Counted from the first letter of the whole stretch, positions 11,072-23,665 are shown. The stretch: DNA of 63,721 nucleotides, filler included, from Octopus bimaculoides (GCF_001194135.2; 6 parts of 4 records of this genome joined end to end with filler, not necessarily neighbours in it), one strand, 5' to 3'. Made by a program: numbers and translations. Notes: generated from the sequence alone by a model not told the origin.

Positions 11072-12332
11072 GTGGGCAATTATGGAGTGAATTTTAGGGC
11101 TTATAAATGTAATATTTTTTTATCCTTCCTTAATACCAGTTCCCATATGCTACTCATATCTGCATTCGGTCTGCTTAGAAACTTGATGGAAATGTTGACC
11201 TTCTGTGTAGAAACTACCTACTTCAGTATGGACACTGATATATATCGACAAGAGGGGGGTTTAGTTTTGGGTTTGCCATTATCACCGGTAATAGCCAATA
11301 TATACATGGAATACTTTGAGAATTTGGCTTTAGGATCAACACCACTAAAACCAACAATATAGCTACGATATGTTGATGACACCCTTATACTCTGGCCCCA
11401 CCAGGAAGATCTCAAAGTGTTGTTAGATCATGTTGTTAGATACAGTTCGCAATGGAAAAGGAAAAAGACAATCAGCTGGCATTCCTGGACTTATTAATAA
11501 CACGCACCAAGTATGGATTCAGGACATCCGTATACCGCAAGCCAACCTTCACTGGACGATACGTCAACTCCAATTCCCACCATCCATACAGTGTAAAGAG
11601 AGGGATTGCTCAGTGCCTAAAACATCGTGCAAAGAATATAAGTAGCGATCGTGATACACGCCACGAAGAAATGNNNNNNNNNNAAAGAATATAAGTAGCG
11701 ATCGTGATACACGCCACGAAGAAATGATCAAGCTCAATAATGATCTGTTAAGCAACAACTACCCCAAAAGTATACTATCCACTCCAAGTATGAAGAAGAG
11801 AGAGGATGAGTCCAATAAACTGTCCACTGCTTGTCTACCCTATGTGAAAGGCCTCTTCGAAAAGATGCAAAAGATATGCGGCCCATATGACATCAGGACA
11901 GTATTCACGAGTAATACAAAACTTCGCAAATATCTCCTTCGGGTAAAACCACCAATAGAAGAGAATATGACCAAAGCTCCATCCCATGCAGCTGCGGTAG
12001 GTTATACAAAGACGAAACACGCCGCTCCCTCAAAATAAGGGTAGACGAACATCGCAAAGCTGTAATACGAGGAGATATTGATAAATCGAGTATAACTGAT
12101 CATGCATGGGAAAATGGAACCCCCCCCCCCCATGTGGGATGAAGTTAAAATAATAGACAGAGAACACCACTAAAAAATACGAAAACTAAAAGAAGCAGCA
12201 CATATGCTAGGACACAACAACTTCCTAAGCAGACCGAATGCAGATATGAGCAGCATATGGGAACCGGTATTAAGGAAGGATTAAAAAAATATTACATTTA
12301 TAAGCCCTAAAATTCACTCCATAATTGCCCAC

Positions 12333-12406
12333 GGGCATATGGCGCAGTGGTTAAGAGCGCGGGTTACTAACCCCCAAGATTCCGAGTTCGATTCCAAACA
12401 GTGACC
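12333..12406 (+). promoter_or_regulatory. tRNA-like internal Pol III promoter (copy 2, inside the 3' pLTR)
   Basis: A box TGGCGCAGTGG (12340-12350), B box GAGTTCGATTCC (12384-12395), partial acceptor stem GGGCAT/GTGACC. Confidence 0.7.
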
Positions 12407-12818
12407 TGAACAATAACAACAACAACAACAACAATAATAATAATAATAATAACAACATCGAAAAATACCTTAGGAATGAGAACACAGGTTCGAAATTTCC
12501 CCAAGACACCTGAAGGTGTCTTGGAGGGTATATCAGCCGCGTCTTGGTGACCCCAATTCTCAGGTCTACATATCATATTTGTCGGCCTTTTCTCTTTCTT
12601 TCATAACAATATACCGATCTCCTGGAACTACCACGTCAATTATTAGGCACCCTTGCTTGCCCTTCTTAAAGGCTACTATATCACTGCTCTAACACCTTGT
12701 TACTTTGGACGTCAAAGTTCCAGAGGGTCTTGCCTTCTCGTTTTTCGTTTATATAATAATAATAATAATGAGAAGAAGAAGAAGAAGAAGAAGAAGAAGA
12801 AGAAGAAGAAGAAGAAGA

Positions 12819-14200
12819 AACAGGATCGAAGCGATCAATACTTTAGCCATACCACTCGTAACTTACAGTTTCAATATCATTAACTGATCAATTACTAAAA
12901 TCTGTAAACTTGACAGAAAAATACGAAAATTGTTGACAATGCATAGAATGCACCACACTAAGGCAGATATAAAACGACTTTATCGGCCAAGAAAAGAGAG
13001 AGGCCGTGGACTTTTACAACTGGCATTAACAAGGAAGATTGCCACAATTGGCCTAGACACCTACCTGAAAGACTCTGAGAACTGGATGTTAAAACGTGTC
13101 TCAAAACATGAAAACAAGAAAGCATCATACTCAATAATAAAACAAAGGAATATCTAAGTGAATTCTATATACAACAAATTCCACACTTAGACGTACTAGA
13201 AACAAGCAGAGAAAAAGCTAAGTGTATGAAAACCCGTGCTAAAACTGATAAATGGCAAGAAAAACCTCTTAATGGCAAATACCCAAAGAGAGCTAATAAT
13301 GCCGATGTTGACAAAGCCCTCACCCACCAATGCTTAATGGCTTCTGGCTTAAAATCAGAAAAGAAGGGTTTATCATAGCAGCCTAAGATCAATGCCTACC
13401 TACAAGAAACTACCAGGCCAATATATTAAAGAACGGCAGCTTCTCAACATATCGTGTATGTCAACAACAAAATGAAACCATTGATCATGTTGCCTCTATG
13501 TGCAGTCTTCTTGCACGTACTGAGTATCTCAACAGGCATGATAGGGCTGCACAATATATTTACTGGGTAATTTTCAAAAACTTGGACCTGCCCCCATGAT
13601 AAAATCTGGTGGGAACACAAACCACCCCCAGTGCTTGAAAATAATTATATTTCACTCCTCTGGAACTTCACCATTCAAACTGACAGAAAGATAGATGCAA
13701 ATAGGCCAGATATTATATTGAAAGGCTTCAGACAAAAATCATGCCTCCTCATTGATATGACTGTCCCAATCGATATAAACGTATCTATCAAGACCTACCA
13801 AAAACTGAGCAAGTATAAAGATCTTGAAATAGAAATTAGCAAAATGTGGAACCTGAAGACTAAAACAATACCTGTTGCCGTAGGTGCCCTAGGAATGATA
13901 GCAAAAGGGGTTGATTGCTACCTAGCTCAGATATCAGGAAACCCTAAAATGGCAGAAATTCAAAAGGTAGTGCTCATGAGAACTGCCCTTATCCTACGTA
14001 AAATACTATGTATTCTCAAATTTTAAAACAAACTCATAATTTTCTTAGGTTTTCTTAAACATACTCTAGAACAATACTATGTACAAAACCAAATATATGG
14101 TACCCTAGGCATAACACCAACATGAACTTGTTGCCTCTTGAGGTCTCTGGGTGAGACTTGGAGCCAACTTGTACAAATGCAAAGCAAAAGTCAAACATAA

Positions 14201-14270
<70 letters not shown>
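12819..14270 (+). mobile_element. RLE-type (R4/Dong-like) LINE, 5'-truncated, with (TAA)n tail
   Basis: Post-RT region (RLYRPRKERGRGL), degenerate CCHC (RVCQQQNETIDHVASMC), RLE motif RPDII..LLIDMTVP..KLSKYKDL, IPVAVGALG, a 3' UTR and TAA repeats at about 14201-14270. Confidence 0.9.
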
Positions 14271-14271
<1 letters not shown>

Positions 14272-14461
14272 GGCACTCAATGAACAAATGGCAGACAGTG
14301 CTACAGCTCCAAACAAAAGAGGGACTTGTGAAAACGAAAGCCATCCCCATTAGAAGAGGAATATACCAGGGAGACACGCTCTCTCCACTCCTGATCTGCT
14401 TGGCACTCACACCTTTAACTGAATTGCTAAATAGAACTGGTTGCGGTTACAAATGCTACGG
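14271..14461 (+). mobile_element. second R4/Dong-like LINE, RT fragment running into a gap
   Basis: IPIRRGIYQGDTLSPLLICLALTPL (RT motif) starts directly after the TAA tract. Confidence 0.85.
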
Positions 14462-14621
14462 NNNNNNNNNNNNNNNNNNNNNNNNNNNNNNNNNNNNNNN
14501 NNNNNTTAATTAATTAANNNNNNNNNNNNNNNNNNNNNNNNNNNNNNNNNNNNNNNNNNNNCATGCACTAAATAAATATGTCTGTACTCATTGTAGAGTA
14601 TAAACAATATTTATAATCATT

Positions 14622-14830
14622 TAAAGCGGCGAGTTGGCACGCCAGGAAAAATGCTTAGCGGCATTTCGTCCGTCCGTCTTTATGTTCTGAGTTCAAATTC
14701 TGCCGAGGTTGACTTTGCCTTCCATCTTTTCGGGGTTGATAAAATAAGTAAAAGTTAAGCAATGAAGTCGATACATCCGACTTATCTCCACCCACTGAAA
14801 TTGTTGGCCTTGTGCCAAAATTTGAAACCA
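14622..14830 (+). mobile_element. SINE family A
   Basis: ggcggcgagttggca..gagttcaaattctgccgaggttgactttgccttccatcttttcggggttgataaaataagta. Confidence 0.8.
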
Positions 14831-16229
14831 ATATTTGCTATCAACGGTCACTTTCCGAAGATTCGTTTAAACTAGCTTTTCAGAACAGTGAGAAAATGGC
14901 CGTTTTGTGAAGCATGTATCGGCGAAGCTTCGAAATAAACAGTTACTGTTGCTTATATTATATATACGCGTGTACGCGCGCGCGCCCGCGTGTATATCTT
15001 TTTGCTCACACAGCAAATGCAACAAAAGACAATTCCGATAGGCGTTGTAGGAGTGAAAGGACAAAACAGATAGATATATTGGATTATCATGTATTGAAAT
15101 ATTTCGTTATCTCTTAGAAGATATCTTTAATTCTGTTTTGCGCAGTTCAATTTATCTGACTATAGTGAATAGCTACCTTAATCAACATACAGTGTGTGTG
15201 TTACAATATATATGCAGGCGTTTTATCCAGAAGATGTTCCTCCTCTCAGTTAAAAACTGTTTATTCAACTGGGAGCTATGCACAAACGTTATTAACTCTT
15301 GCGGATCAAAGAGACATATGACTACGAAAAATTATTTAGTTTATTGCAACACCTGTAACTAGTGAAAATTTTATTATTACTGTTAGCCAAAGGTTTGTTA
15401 GAGTTCAATGTCCGATTTATGAGCAAGGAAGAAAGCTTTAATATTAACAGCTAACGTGTTTCCTTGCCCATTTAGGATGTTGTTTCTTAGTAAGATTTAA
15501 AATCAGCTCCCTAATTAATAAAAGTCATTAATTGAAACAAAGTTTCAGTTAATGAAGGGTTTATTCTTCTGGTGTTACTTTTTTTTTTTTTTTTTTTCAA
15601 TGATCTCTATTCTAGATGTCACAAGGACCGGATCTTACGGGAATGACATCAGCGATACAATGGCGTCCTGTGCAAATGATAAAGCTCTCATTCGCCTAAA
15701 GCGACGAAATGGAAGTTATGCACAAGTCTTTAAGAGCCTGTAAGAGATGTCAAATTGTAAAGAGATAGATACCATATAGGGAATGATTCGAGTATATCAT
15801 TGCATTTGATAATACTAAATCAGGAAAAGCATATAGATTCTTTCCTTCTATCAGGTAAATTATATAACGTACAACATGTGTACGCTAGTATCAGTGTAAA
15901 TTTGTCTTTAAAACAATCTCGCTCTTCTCCAGATTAAAGAAGGTAGTGAGTAGCAGGATCAATATAGTACTGGAAAAAATATCTTACTGGTACATATCGC
16001 CTTACTTTGAGATCGTGGAGTGCTGTCGTGCTTACAGTGTCCTAAGCATCAAATCCTGAACATTTCTCACTAGGTTTAACCATTGCTGATTGCTTTCAGA
16101 GAAACTAAAACGAAGGATTTCTTCGCTCTTCTCTTTGAAAGAAATTGACTGTAGTCAGAGCCGGAAGGAAATGGGTCCTGGTTCAAACCTGGAGAAGAAT
16201 GGCCAAGTTTATATGCCCAAGATATGCCG

Positions 16230-16307
16230 AGAAGAAGAAGAAGAAGAAGAAGAAGAAGAAGAAGAAGAAGAAGAAGAAGAAGAAGAAGAAGAAGAAGAAG
16301 AAGAAGA
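16230..16307. repeat. (GAA)n microsatellite running into a gap
   Basis: Directly visible. It produces the poly-E, poly-K and poly-R pseudo-ORFs. Confidence 0.95.
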
Positions 16308-17167
16308 NNNNNNNNNNNNNNNNNNNNNNNNNNNNNNNNNNNNNNNNNNNNNNNNNNNNNNNNNNNNNNNNNNNNNNNNNNNNNNNNNNNNNNNNNNNNN
16401 NNNNNNNNNNNNNNNNNNNNNNNNNNNNNNNNNNNNNNNNNNNNNNNNNNNNNNNNNNNNNNNNNNNNNNNNNNNNNNNNNNNNNNNNNNNNNNNNNNNN
16501 NNNNNNNNNNNNNNNNNNNNNNNNNNNNNNNNNNNNNNNNNNNNNNNNNNNNNNNNNNNNNNNNNNNNNNNNNNNNNNNNNNNNNNNNNNNNNNNNNNNN
16601 NNNNNNNNNNNNNNNNNNNNNNNNNNNNNNNNNNNNNNNNNNNNNNNNNNNNNNNNNNNNNNNNNNNNNNNNNNNNNNNNNNNNNNNNNNNNNNNNNNNN
16701 NNNNNNNNNNNNNNNNNNNNNNNNNNNNNNNNNNNNNNNNNNNNNNNNNNNNNNNNNNNNNNNNNNNNNNNNNNNNNNNNNNNNNNNNNNNNNNNNNNNN
16801 NNNNNNNNNNNNNNNNNNNNNNNNNNNNNNNNNNNNNNNNNNNNNNNNNNNNNNNNNNNNNNNNNNNNNNNNNNNNNNNNNNNNNNNNNNNNNNNNNNNN
16901 NNNNNNNNNNNNNNNNNNNNNNNNNNNNNNNNNNNNNNNNNNNNNNNNNNNNNNNNNNNNNNNNNNNNNNNNNNNNNNNNNNNNNNNNNNNNNNNNNNNN
17001 NNNNNNNNNNNNNNNNNNNNNNNNNNNNNNNNNNNNNNNNNNNNNNNNNNNNNNNNNNNNNNNNNNNNNNNNNNNNNNNNNNNNNNNNNNNNNNNNNNNN
17101 NNNNNNNNNNNNNNNNNNNNNNNNNNNNNNNNNNNNNNNNNNNNNNNNNNNNNNNNNNNNNNNNNNN

Positions 17168-17204
<37 letters not shown>

Positions 17205-18004
17205 ATCTCAAGCTTTCTCGTGTTGCATCAACAATATTCTTCCGAACTTATAAGGTTTTTGTGAATTAAGATTTTTGACCAAAGAAAATCCACAGCTTCT
17301 CTTTAACAGTAAACTATTTCCTCCCCCTCTTCCCCTCTTCTCTTTCTCCTTCTTTCTTTTTCCCCCTCTCTCACACTTTCTCTTTTCCACTCTTTTCCTC
17401 TCTCTCTCACTCTCTTTTTCCCCTATCGCCTCTACAACGGCCTCCATAATTATGGCGCCTCCATAAACTCAATCAAAACACCAGTTTTATAATCATCCTT
17501 CCGCCGCCTTTTTTCAATGTGTTTCTCCTAGCAGACTCTCATAATTCTCACCATATTACAAAGACTATCCCAGTCGTCTTTATATAATAATATAATTTCC
17601 TACAGCAGTATGCTGTTTCGAAACTCACCCTCAACCGCTCCACTTTTTCTTTTTTTTCTTCTTTTTCTACTGAACTGCGATTAAACTTCAACAAACCTTG
17701 AGTAGACTATACCACCGTTTCTCCTAGGGTTGAGGAGAATGGGGTACCGAAGCTGGAGTAAACAATCTGCTGTTTCATACATTTTAAAATCGTTTTAATT
17801 TTTTTTTTTTTTTTCAACCTTGTCCAATACTCTGACACAAGACAAGCAGTGTTCTGTGAATGCAAACTCAATTTTCCATTCTCATTACGCTTTGTTTCAA
17901 TAAATTTGTAAAATATGGAAGAATTTAGTAAAACGACTTTATCAATATTAAGTCGGTGTTTGGAAGATAAATATGAAATTTTGATCTTTTTATCTTTTAT
18001 TTTT

Positions 18005-18415
18005 TTTACTTATTTCAGTCATTAAACTGCGGCCATACTGGGGCGCTGCCTTGAAAGGAGTTTTGCCGAACAAGTCGACCCTAGGACTTAATTTTTAAAG
18101 CCTAGTACTTATTCCAACGGTCTTTTTTTTTCTGCCGAACCTCTAAGTCACGGGGACGTAAACTCACCAACATCGATTATCAAGCGAATGTGTGTGTGCG
18201 CGCGCGCACGTGAGTGTGTGTGTGTGTGAGAGAGAGTGTGTATCTGTGTCTGTGCGTGCGTGTGTGTATACGACTGGCTTCTTTCAGTTTCCGTCTACCA
18301 AATCTACTCACAAAGCTTTGGTCGGTCCGAAGCTATAGTAGAAGACACTTGTCGCAGGTGTCACGCAGTGGGACTGAACCTGGAACCAGCTTCTTACCAC
18401 ACAGCCACACCTACA
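18005..18415 (-). mobile_element. SINE family B, near full length, with internal microsatellite
   Basis: Reverse complement of the 29570 copy, including agaagacacttg (CORE-like) and the tRNA-like head. Confidence 0.85.
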
Positions 18416-18749
18416 CCTATGGAATTTTTGATGGAATTTTTTTTTTTTTCTTTTTCATTTAGCTGACTTTAGAACAGGATGTTTATCATAGAACCAGGTG
18501 TGATTCTCGGGCAGATTGGCATCAAAAAGCTTAATAAAAAACTGGAAGGACTAAAGGAAATTTCACTAACACCCGTACGTTGGGCCAGTATTTGTCAATT
18601 TGAGAAACTATAGGAAGAAACTATAGGAAGAAACTATAAGGAGAAATTATAGGACCCATTGGGTGTAACAAAAAACATAGCTACTATTCAGTCAAATAGA
18701 TGCAACGAAGTTCCTATTAGTATATCACAAAAATAGCTTTGCGCTTTCG

Positions 18750-18991
18750 TTAATCTTTTAGCATTTAACCTGGCCGTATCTGGCTCAAACATTCTACCTG
18801 TTTTATGTTCAAACTGGCCAGATCCGGTCTCTCACACCTGCTCTACAATCCATAATCTAAAATCTATAATCTAAAAGCTATAATCAGATCATTGAAATCG
18901 TGAAGCTACGAGATAATGCATGATTAATTCAAAACAATGTGAATAAATAAGCATTGCGTTTGATAGATTAATCTGAATGTTAAAGGGTTAA
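18750..18991. mobile_element. TTAA-flanked MITE (piggyBac-like termini)
   Basis: Left end TTAA-tcttttagcatt and right end aatgttaaaggg-TTAA form imperfect TIRs. Confidence 0.6.
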
Positions 18992-19476
18992 TATTTCTTT
19001 AAAATGATCTTTTCTTTCTGTCGTTGCTCTATTTCTTATTACCTTCTGTTTCTCTCTCCCCCTCTCTCTGTCTCTATCTATCTATCTCTACTTCTCGCTT
19101 TCTCTCACCCTTATCTCTGTTTTTCATCGATTTATAGTCTGAAATCAGCACCCTTTCTTAATCTAGTTAACAAATTCTTTACAGCATTCAGATCATTCAC
19201 CAGTAAAAGGAACATTCATATTATATCAGCACACGCACGCATACACGTGAACAAAGAGGGAGAAACGGGATAAGCTCACAGACAGACAGACAGCGTGAGA
19301 GAGAGAAAAAAAAGAGAGAAACACATGCGAATAGGGTAGTGATAGAGATGTTGATAGACATAAATCAGTAGAACGTGTACAAACGTGCATCATACATACA
19401 AACATATACGCGCATGTCTATATAAGTGAGCGAGTGTGTGTGTGTGTGTACATACATACATACATACATACATACA

Positions 19477-19512
<36 letters not shown>

Positions 19513-20620
19513 TATACACACACATATATAAACATATATATANNNNNNNNNNNNNNNNNNNNNNNNNNNNNNNNNNNNNNNNNNNNNNNNNNNNNNNNNN
19601 NNNNNNNNNNNNNNNNNNNNNNNNNNNNNNNNNNNNNNNNNNNNNNNNNNNNNNNNNNNNNNNNNNNNNNNNNNNNNNNNNNNNNNNNNNNNNNNNNNNN
19701 NNNNNNNNNNNNNNNNNNNNNNNNNNNNNNNNNNNNNNNNNNNNNNNNNNNNNNNNNNNNNNNNNNNNNNNNNNNNNNNNNNNNNNNNNNNNNNNNNNNN
19801 NNNNNNNNNNNNNNNNNNNNNNNNNNNNNNNNNNNNNNNNNNNNNNNNNNNNNNNNNNNNNNACATACATACATACATACATATATATATATACACACAT
19901 ACATATATATACATAAATACACATATACATACATACCTACATATATATACACATATATATACATTATATATATATATATACATATATAGGTATCACTAAG
20001 GTATTCAAGTGTGCATACCTAAATATACCCGTATTGATTGATCTGTACCCGATCCTTAAACTTGTACAATAAGCAGGAGTTAGGAATTTTAAGTATTCGT
20101 ATATAATGTGCACATGCTCTTTAACATACATACGTGTGTATATGTGTGTGTGTATAAAACACTTGCACTTGTGCATATAATGCATGTTTATATACATATA
20201 CACATCTGTGCACACACACACACACCTATACATATATATATATAATATATATGCATATATGTATGTTATGCATGTATGTATGTTATGCATGTATGTTGTG
20301 TATGTATGTGTGTATGTGTGTGTGTGCATGTATGTATGTATGAATAGATGCGTGTGAGTATGTATGTATCAATTTCTATTGAATAAATATGAGAATATAA
20401 TAGACTGTCCCCACCCACAAGCTCCAGGGTTTCATAAATGTCATAGCAAGAGCACTTAGTACAAATACGTTCGAAGATGGCGTCACTGCATACATACATA
20501 CATATATACACACACACACATAGATACATTCATATATACATACACACACACATAGATACATTCATATATACATACACACATACAAACATTCATAAATTCA
20601 CACATACATACATACATACA

Positions 20621-20652
<32 letters not shown>

Positions 20653-20664
20653 CATACATGTATA

Positions 20665-20881
20665 CGAGGGAGTGCTGAAAAGTTCTTGGCTTTGGGTAAA
20701 AGAAAATACAGGAGGACCAGTTAGTTATGATTCTATTTAACATATTCACCTCTCAGATTCAAACACTTACTACAGCGGTCTTTCGGTTTTTCTAAGCCCG
20801 GTAAAAGAACTCGGAAGACTGGGCCTCTAGTCATGCCTTTTGCGTTACCCCTAAGGCCAGAAACTTTTCGGCATCACCTCG
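20665..20881. mobile_element. mariner-derived MITE
   Basis: TA-cgagggagtgctgaaaagttcttggc and gccagaaacttttcggcatcacctcg-TA: imperfect TIRs of about 28 bp, with TA target duplication. Confidence 0.8.
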
Positions 20882-21424
20882 TATATGTGTGTATGTGTGC
20901 GCGTGCGTGTATGTATTATGTATGTATGTATATATGAATGTATGTATGTATTATGTATGTATGTATGTATGTATGTATGAATGTATGTATGTATGTATGT
21001 ATGTATGTATGAATGTATGAATGTATGTATGTATGCGAGTGTGGTAGACGATATACCAGGAGTCTACAGACATGGAAGTTGCGATAATGATTTCTCATTT
21101 AGGCACCAAGACTGCGAAGAATCAGATTATATGTCTTTGATGTTTTAATTTATTTTTTTTATTTATCTATTAATTATTTTCTCTAAAAGAAAAATTAGCT
21201 TAGATGCCAAATTAAAGTTAAGTGCAGTGAATTGCCTTTCTATTGAAAATCGGCCACAGTGTTATGAAAGACGAATTCAAACTGTACTCAGTGAAACTTC
21301 AAAATAATCGCCGCATGATCCGAGCTTTTCTGATTAACCTAGAACATGCAGTAAGATTTAACATTAAACTGAAGAGAATACAAATGAGAAATATATGCAT
21401 AAATGTATGTATGTATGTATGTAC

Positions 21425-21935
21425 CAAGATGGCAGCAAAGTGCCGACAACTGGCAGGATGGATACTGAGGGCCTTCAAGACAAGAGACCTTGTGGAGAAC
21501 ATTTGTTCTCAGCCGCCTAGACTACTGCTCCCAGCTATGGTCACCACATAGTGCCAAACCAACAGCGGAGCTTGAAGCAGTCCAACACCACTACACTAAA
21601 AAGATTGAAACAGTGCAGCGGATGAACTACAGGGATAGGCTGAGAAACCTGCAACTTTACTCCCTGGAGCGAAGGCGCGACAGATATGTAATAATCTACA
21701 TATGGAAAACTCTAGAAGGGTCAGTACCTAACTTTGGCATTGAGTGTCATACAAATGCCAGAACTGGCCGCCATAGATACCATACACTCCATCTAAATTT
21801 AGGACCAGGTGCTGCAATAGTCTCGGGTTAAAAGGCCCACAGTTCTTCAATGTCCTGCCACGAAAATTAAGAAATCTGTATAAGGTGGAAGTAGATGTCT
21901 TCAAAAAGGAACAAGACATTCTCCTCTCCGCTGTT
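21425..21935 (+). mobile_element. CR1-group LINE, 3' RT-thumb fragment
   Basis: FVLSRLDYCSQLWSP..LEAVQ..YRDRLRNLQLYSLERRRDRY..GPQFFNVLP. Confidence 0.8.
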
Positions 21936-21944
21936 TCGGGATTG

Positions 21945-22330
21945 ACATCAACTTGTTCTGCTATGTGAGAGGCCTTGCAACGAGGATTATCCTCTACATT
22001 TCACTTAATAAAGCGAAGGATCTTGTCAGAGGGCCCTGGTCGACCTGGGCGAGGTAATATGGACTCCTTGCCTTCCCTGATGAATTGCACAATCACTCTA
22101 TTAACTGTAGAAAGTGGGCTCCAAAGGTTTTCTGCGATTTTACTATGACGAGGTTCACCTTCAGATTGACTCACAATACGGCATCTTTGAAAGTCGGCCA
22201 GTTCCAAGACATCTGTTGTGTGTGGCATGATTAAACAGTCACATATAGAACCTGGAACATAAATATGTCAATTAAAAAAAAATATAAACCACTTCAAGTT
22301 GAAATAAGCATAAAACGATGTGTTACAGAG
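21945..22330 (-). mobile_element. Tc1-like transposase, 5' fragment
   Basis: ELADFQRCRIV..IAENL..STVNRVIVQFIREG..PRPGRP: paired-like HTH plus GRP motif. Confidence 0.75.
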
Positions 22331-22834
22331 TGTCTATTTACTTCTATCATGTCTGTATATATAATACTTCTATCATGTCTGTATATATAACTCATAATAA
22401 TTTTTCTATCGTCTTGGCTCAACAGCCCTCACTGTTTGTTTTTACTGTCTTGTTTTCACTGTCCTGTTCTTGTTAACACTTTCACCCTCCGCCAAAAATT
22501 CCAAATTTTATTTAATTTGCTTTGCGGGAAGGACTGTTCCAACGAAGTCGCGTATTGTCCTTGCCTTCGAAACGTGGAGTAGATGGAACAGGGACAACTG
22601 ACGAAGGGGTTATACTCTTTATGTTGCATGTCTCATTTCTCTGTTTGTTTTTCGCTATTCGAAAAAAGTTCGTTTTCTGTTTTCGTTTTTATGTTTTCGT
22701 TTCTCATTGCGTTTAACGTTTTTTTTTTTTTATGTCCTGTACCCATATATGCATGTATATATACATATAGATGTAGGTATGTACATATATGTATGGATAT
22801 ATGCATATATTTATATATTATTTATATTATTATC

Positions 22835-22870
<36 letters not shown>

Positions 22871-23399
22871 TTTTTTTCATTTTTTTTTCATTTTATCTAG
22901 TTTCAGCTCATGAGCTGAGGCCATGCTGGGGCACCGCCATTTGGTGTTTAATGTACACAGTATTTAAAATAAGACATGGAGACACTGGGATTAGGAAGAT
23001 TTATATAACGTGCGTTCGTATCTCCATGTCCAAGCAATCTCCTGGCTCAGGGCACGTCGTTAGTTCTCTTACAGGATAGTAAACTAAATGTGTGTGCGTA
23101 TATGCGTATGTTTGTGTGTATGTGTGTGTGTATATGTGTGTGTGTGTGTATATGTGTGTGTATGTGCGTGTGTGTGTATATGAATGGATTTTGACTGACG
23201 TGCTAGTTTACTCTTACTAGAGTATAATTGGTCTTATATGTATAAGCTTAATATGATTAATAATATGATTTACATTAATTCTTACATGAGTTTACAAGGC
23301 ATCATTTGATATCGGAGCAGTTAAGTATTATTCGTTGAAGAATTTATAATCACATATATTGGTTTCGTTTATCTAAGATCATATATATATATATATTCT

Positions 23400-23594
23400 T
23401 TTATTCTTTTGCTTGTATCAGTCATTTGACTGCGGCCGTGCTGGAGCGCCGCCTCGAAGGGTTTTAGTCGAACAAATTGACCCTAGCACTTAATATCCTA
23501 AGTCTAGTATTTATTCTATTGGTCTCTTTTGCAGAACCGCTAAGTTACGGGGACGCAAACACACCAACACCGTTTGTCAAGCGGTGATGGAGGA

Positions 23595-23660
<66 letters not shown>
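23400..23660 (-). mobile_element. SINE family B, 3' half
   Basis: gtcatttgactgcggccgtgctggagc..gaaccgctaagttacggggacg, ending in (CA)n. Confidence 0.8.

Positions 23661-23665
<5 letters not shown>

Larger units (their letters stand above)
10806..12539 (+). mobile_element. Penelope/Poseidon-like element with inverted 5' pLTR and direct 3' pLTR
   Basis: Disrupted RT (YRQEGGLVLGLPLSPVIANIYME, LRYVDDT, YRKPTFTGRY) and endonuclease remnant at 11187-12285. Segment 10885-11186 is the reverse complement of 12218-12539. Confidence 0.9.

Noticed and set aside
11625-11726. Exact duplications flanking 10-N gaps (also about 31205-31283, 31905-32075 and 60038-60128)
   Set aside because: The same sequence appears on each side of a minimal gap. 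This is unmerged contig overlap, not tandem duplication.
12333-12406. Possible real tRNA genes (also 3304-3376 and 10999-11071)
   Set aside because: A and B boxes are present, but the acceptor, anticodon and T stems are incomplete and the units sit within repeats. They are treated as tRNA-derived promoters.
14506-14517. TTAATTAATTAA islands inside N runs (also near 26023, 50019, 59232 and 62158)
   Set aside because: An identical 12-mer centred in ~100-nt N blocks, with stops in all six frames. It is a scaffolding gap marker, not biology.
18602-18655. Short regularly spaced repeats (agaaactatagga x3-4) as a CRISPR-like array
   Set aside because: This is a simple tandem minisatellite with no spacers, in eukaryotic DNA.
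22535-22625. Hammerhead-like words CCTTC-GAAAC-GTG and CTGACGA-AGGGG
   Set aside because: The triplet would be GUG (not NUH), stem I cannot be formed, and a competing TTGTCCTTG/CAGGGACAA hairpin exists. At most a PLE-tail relic.
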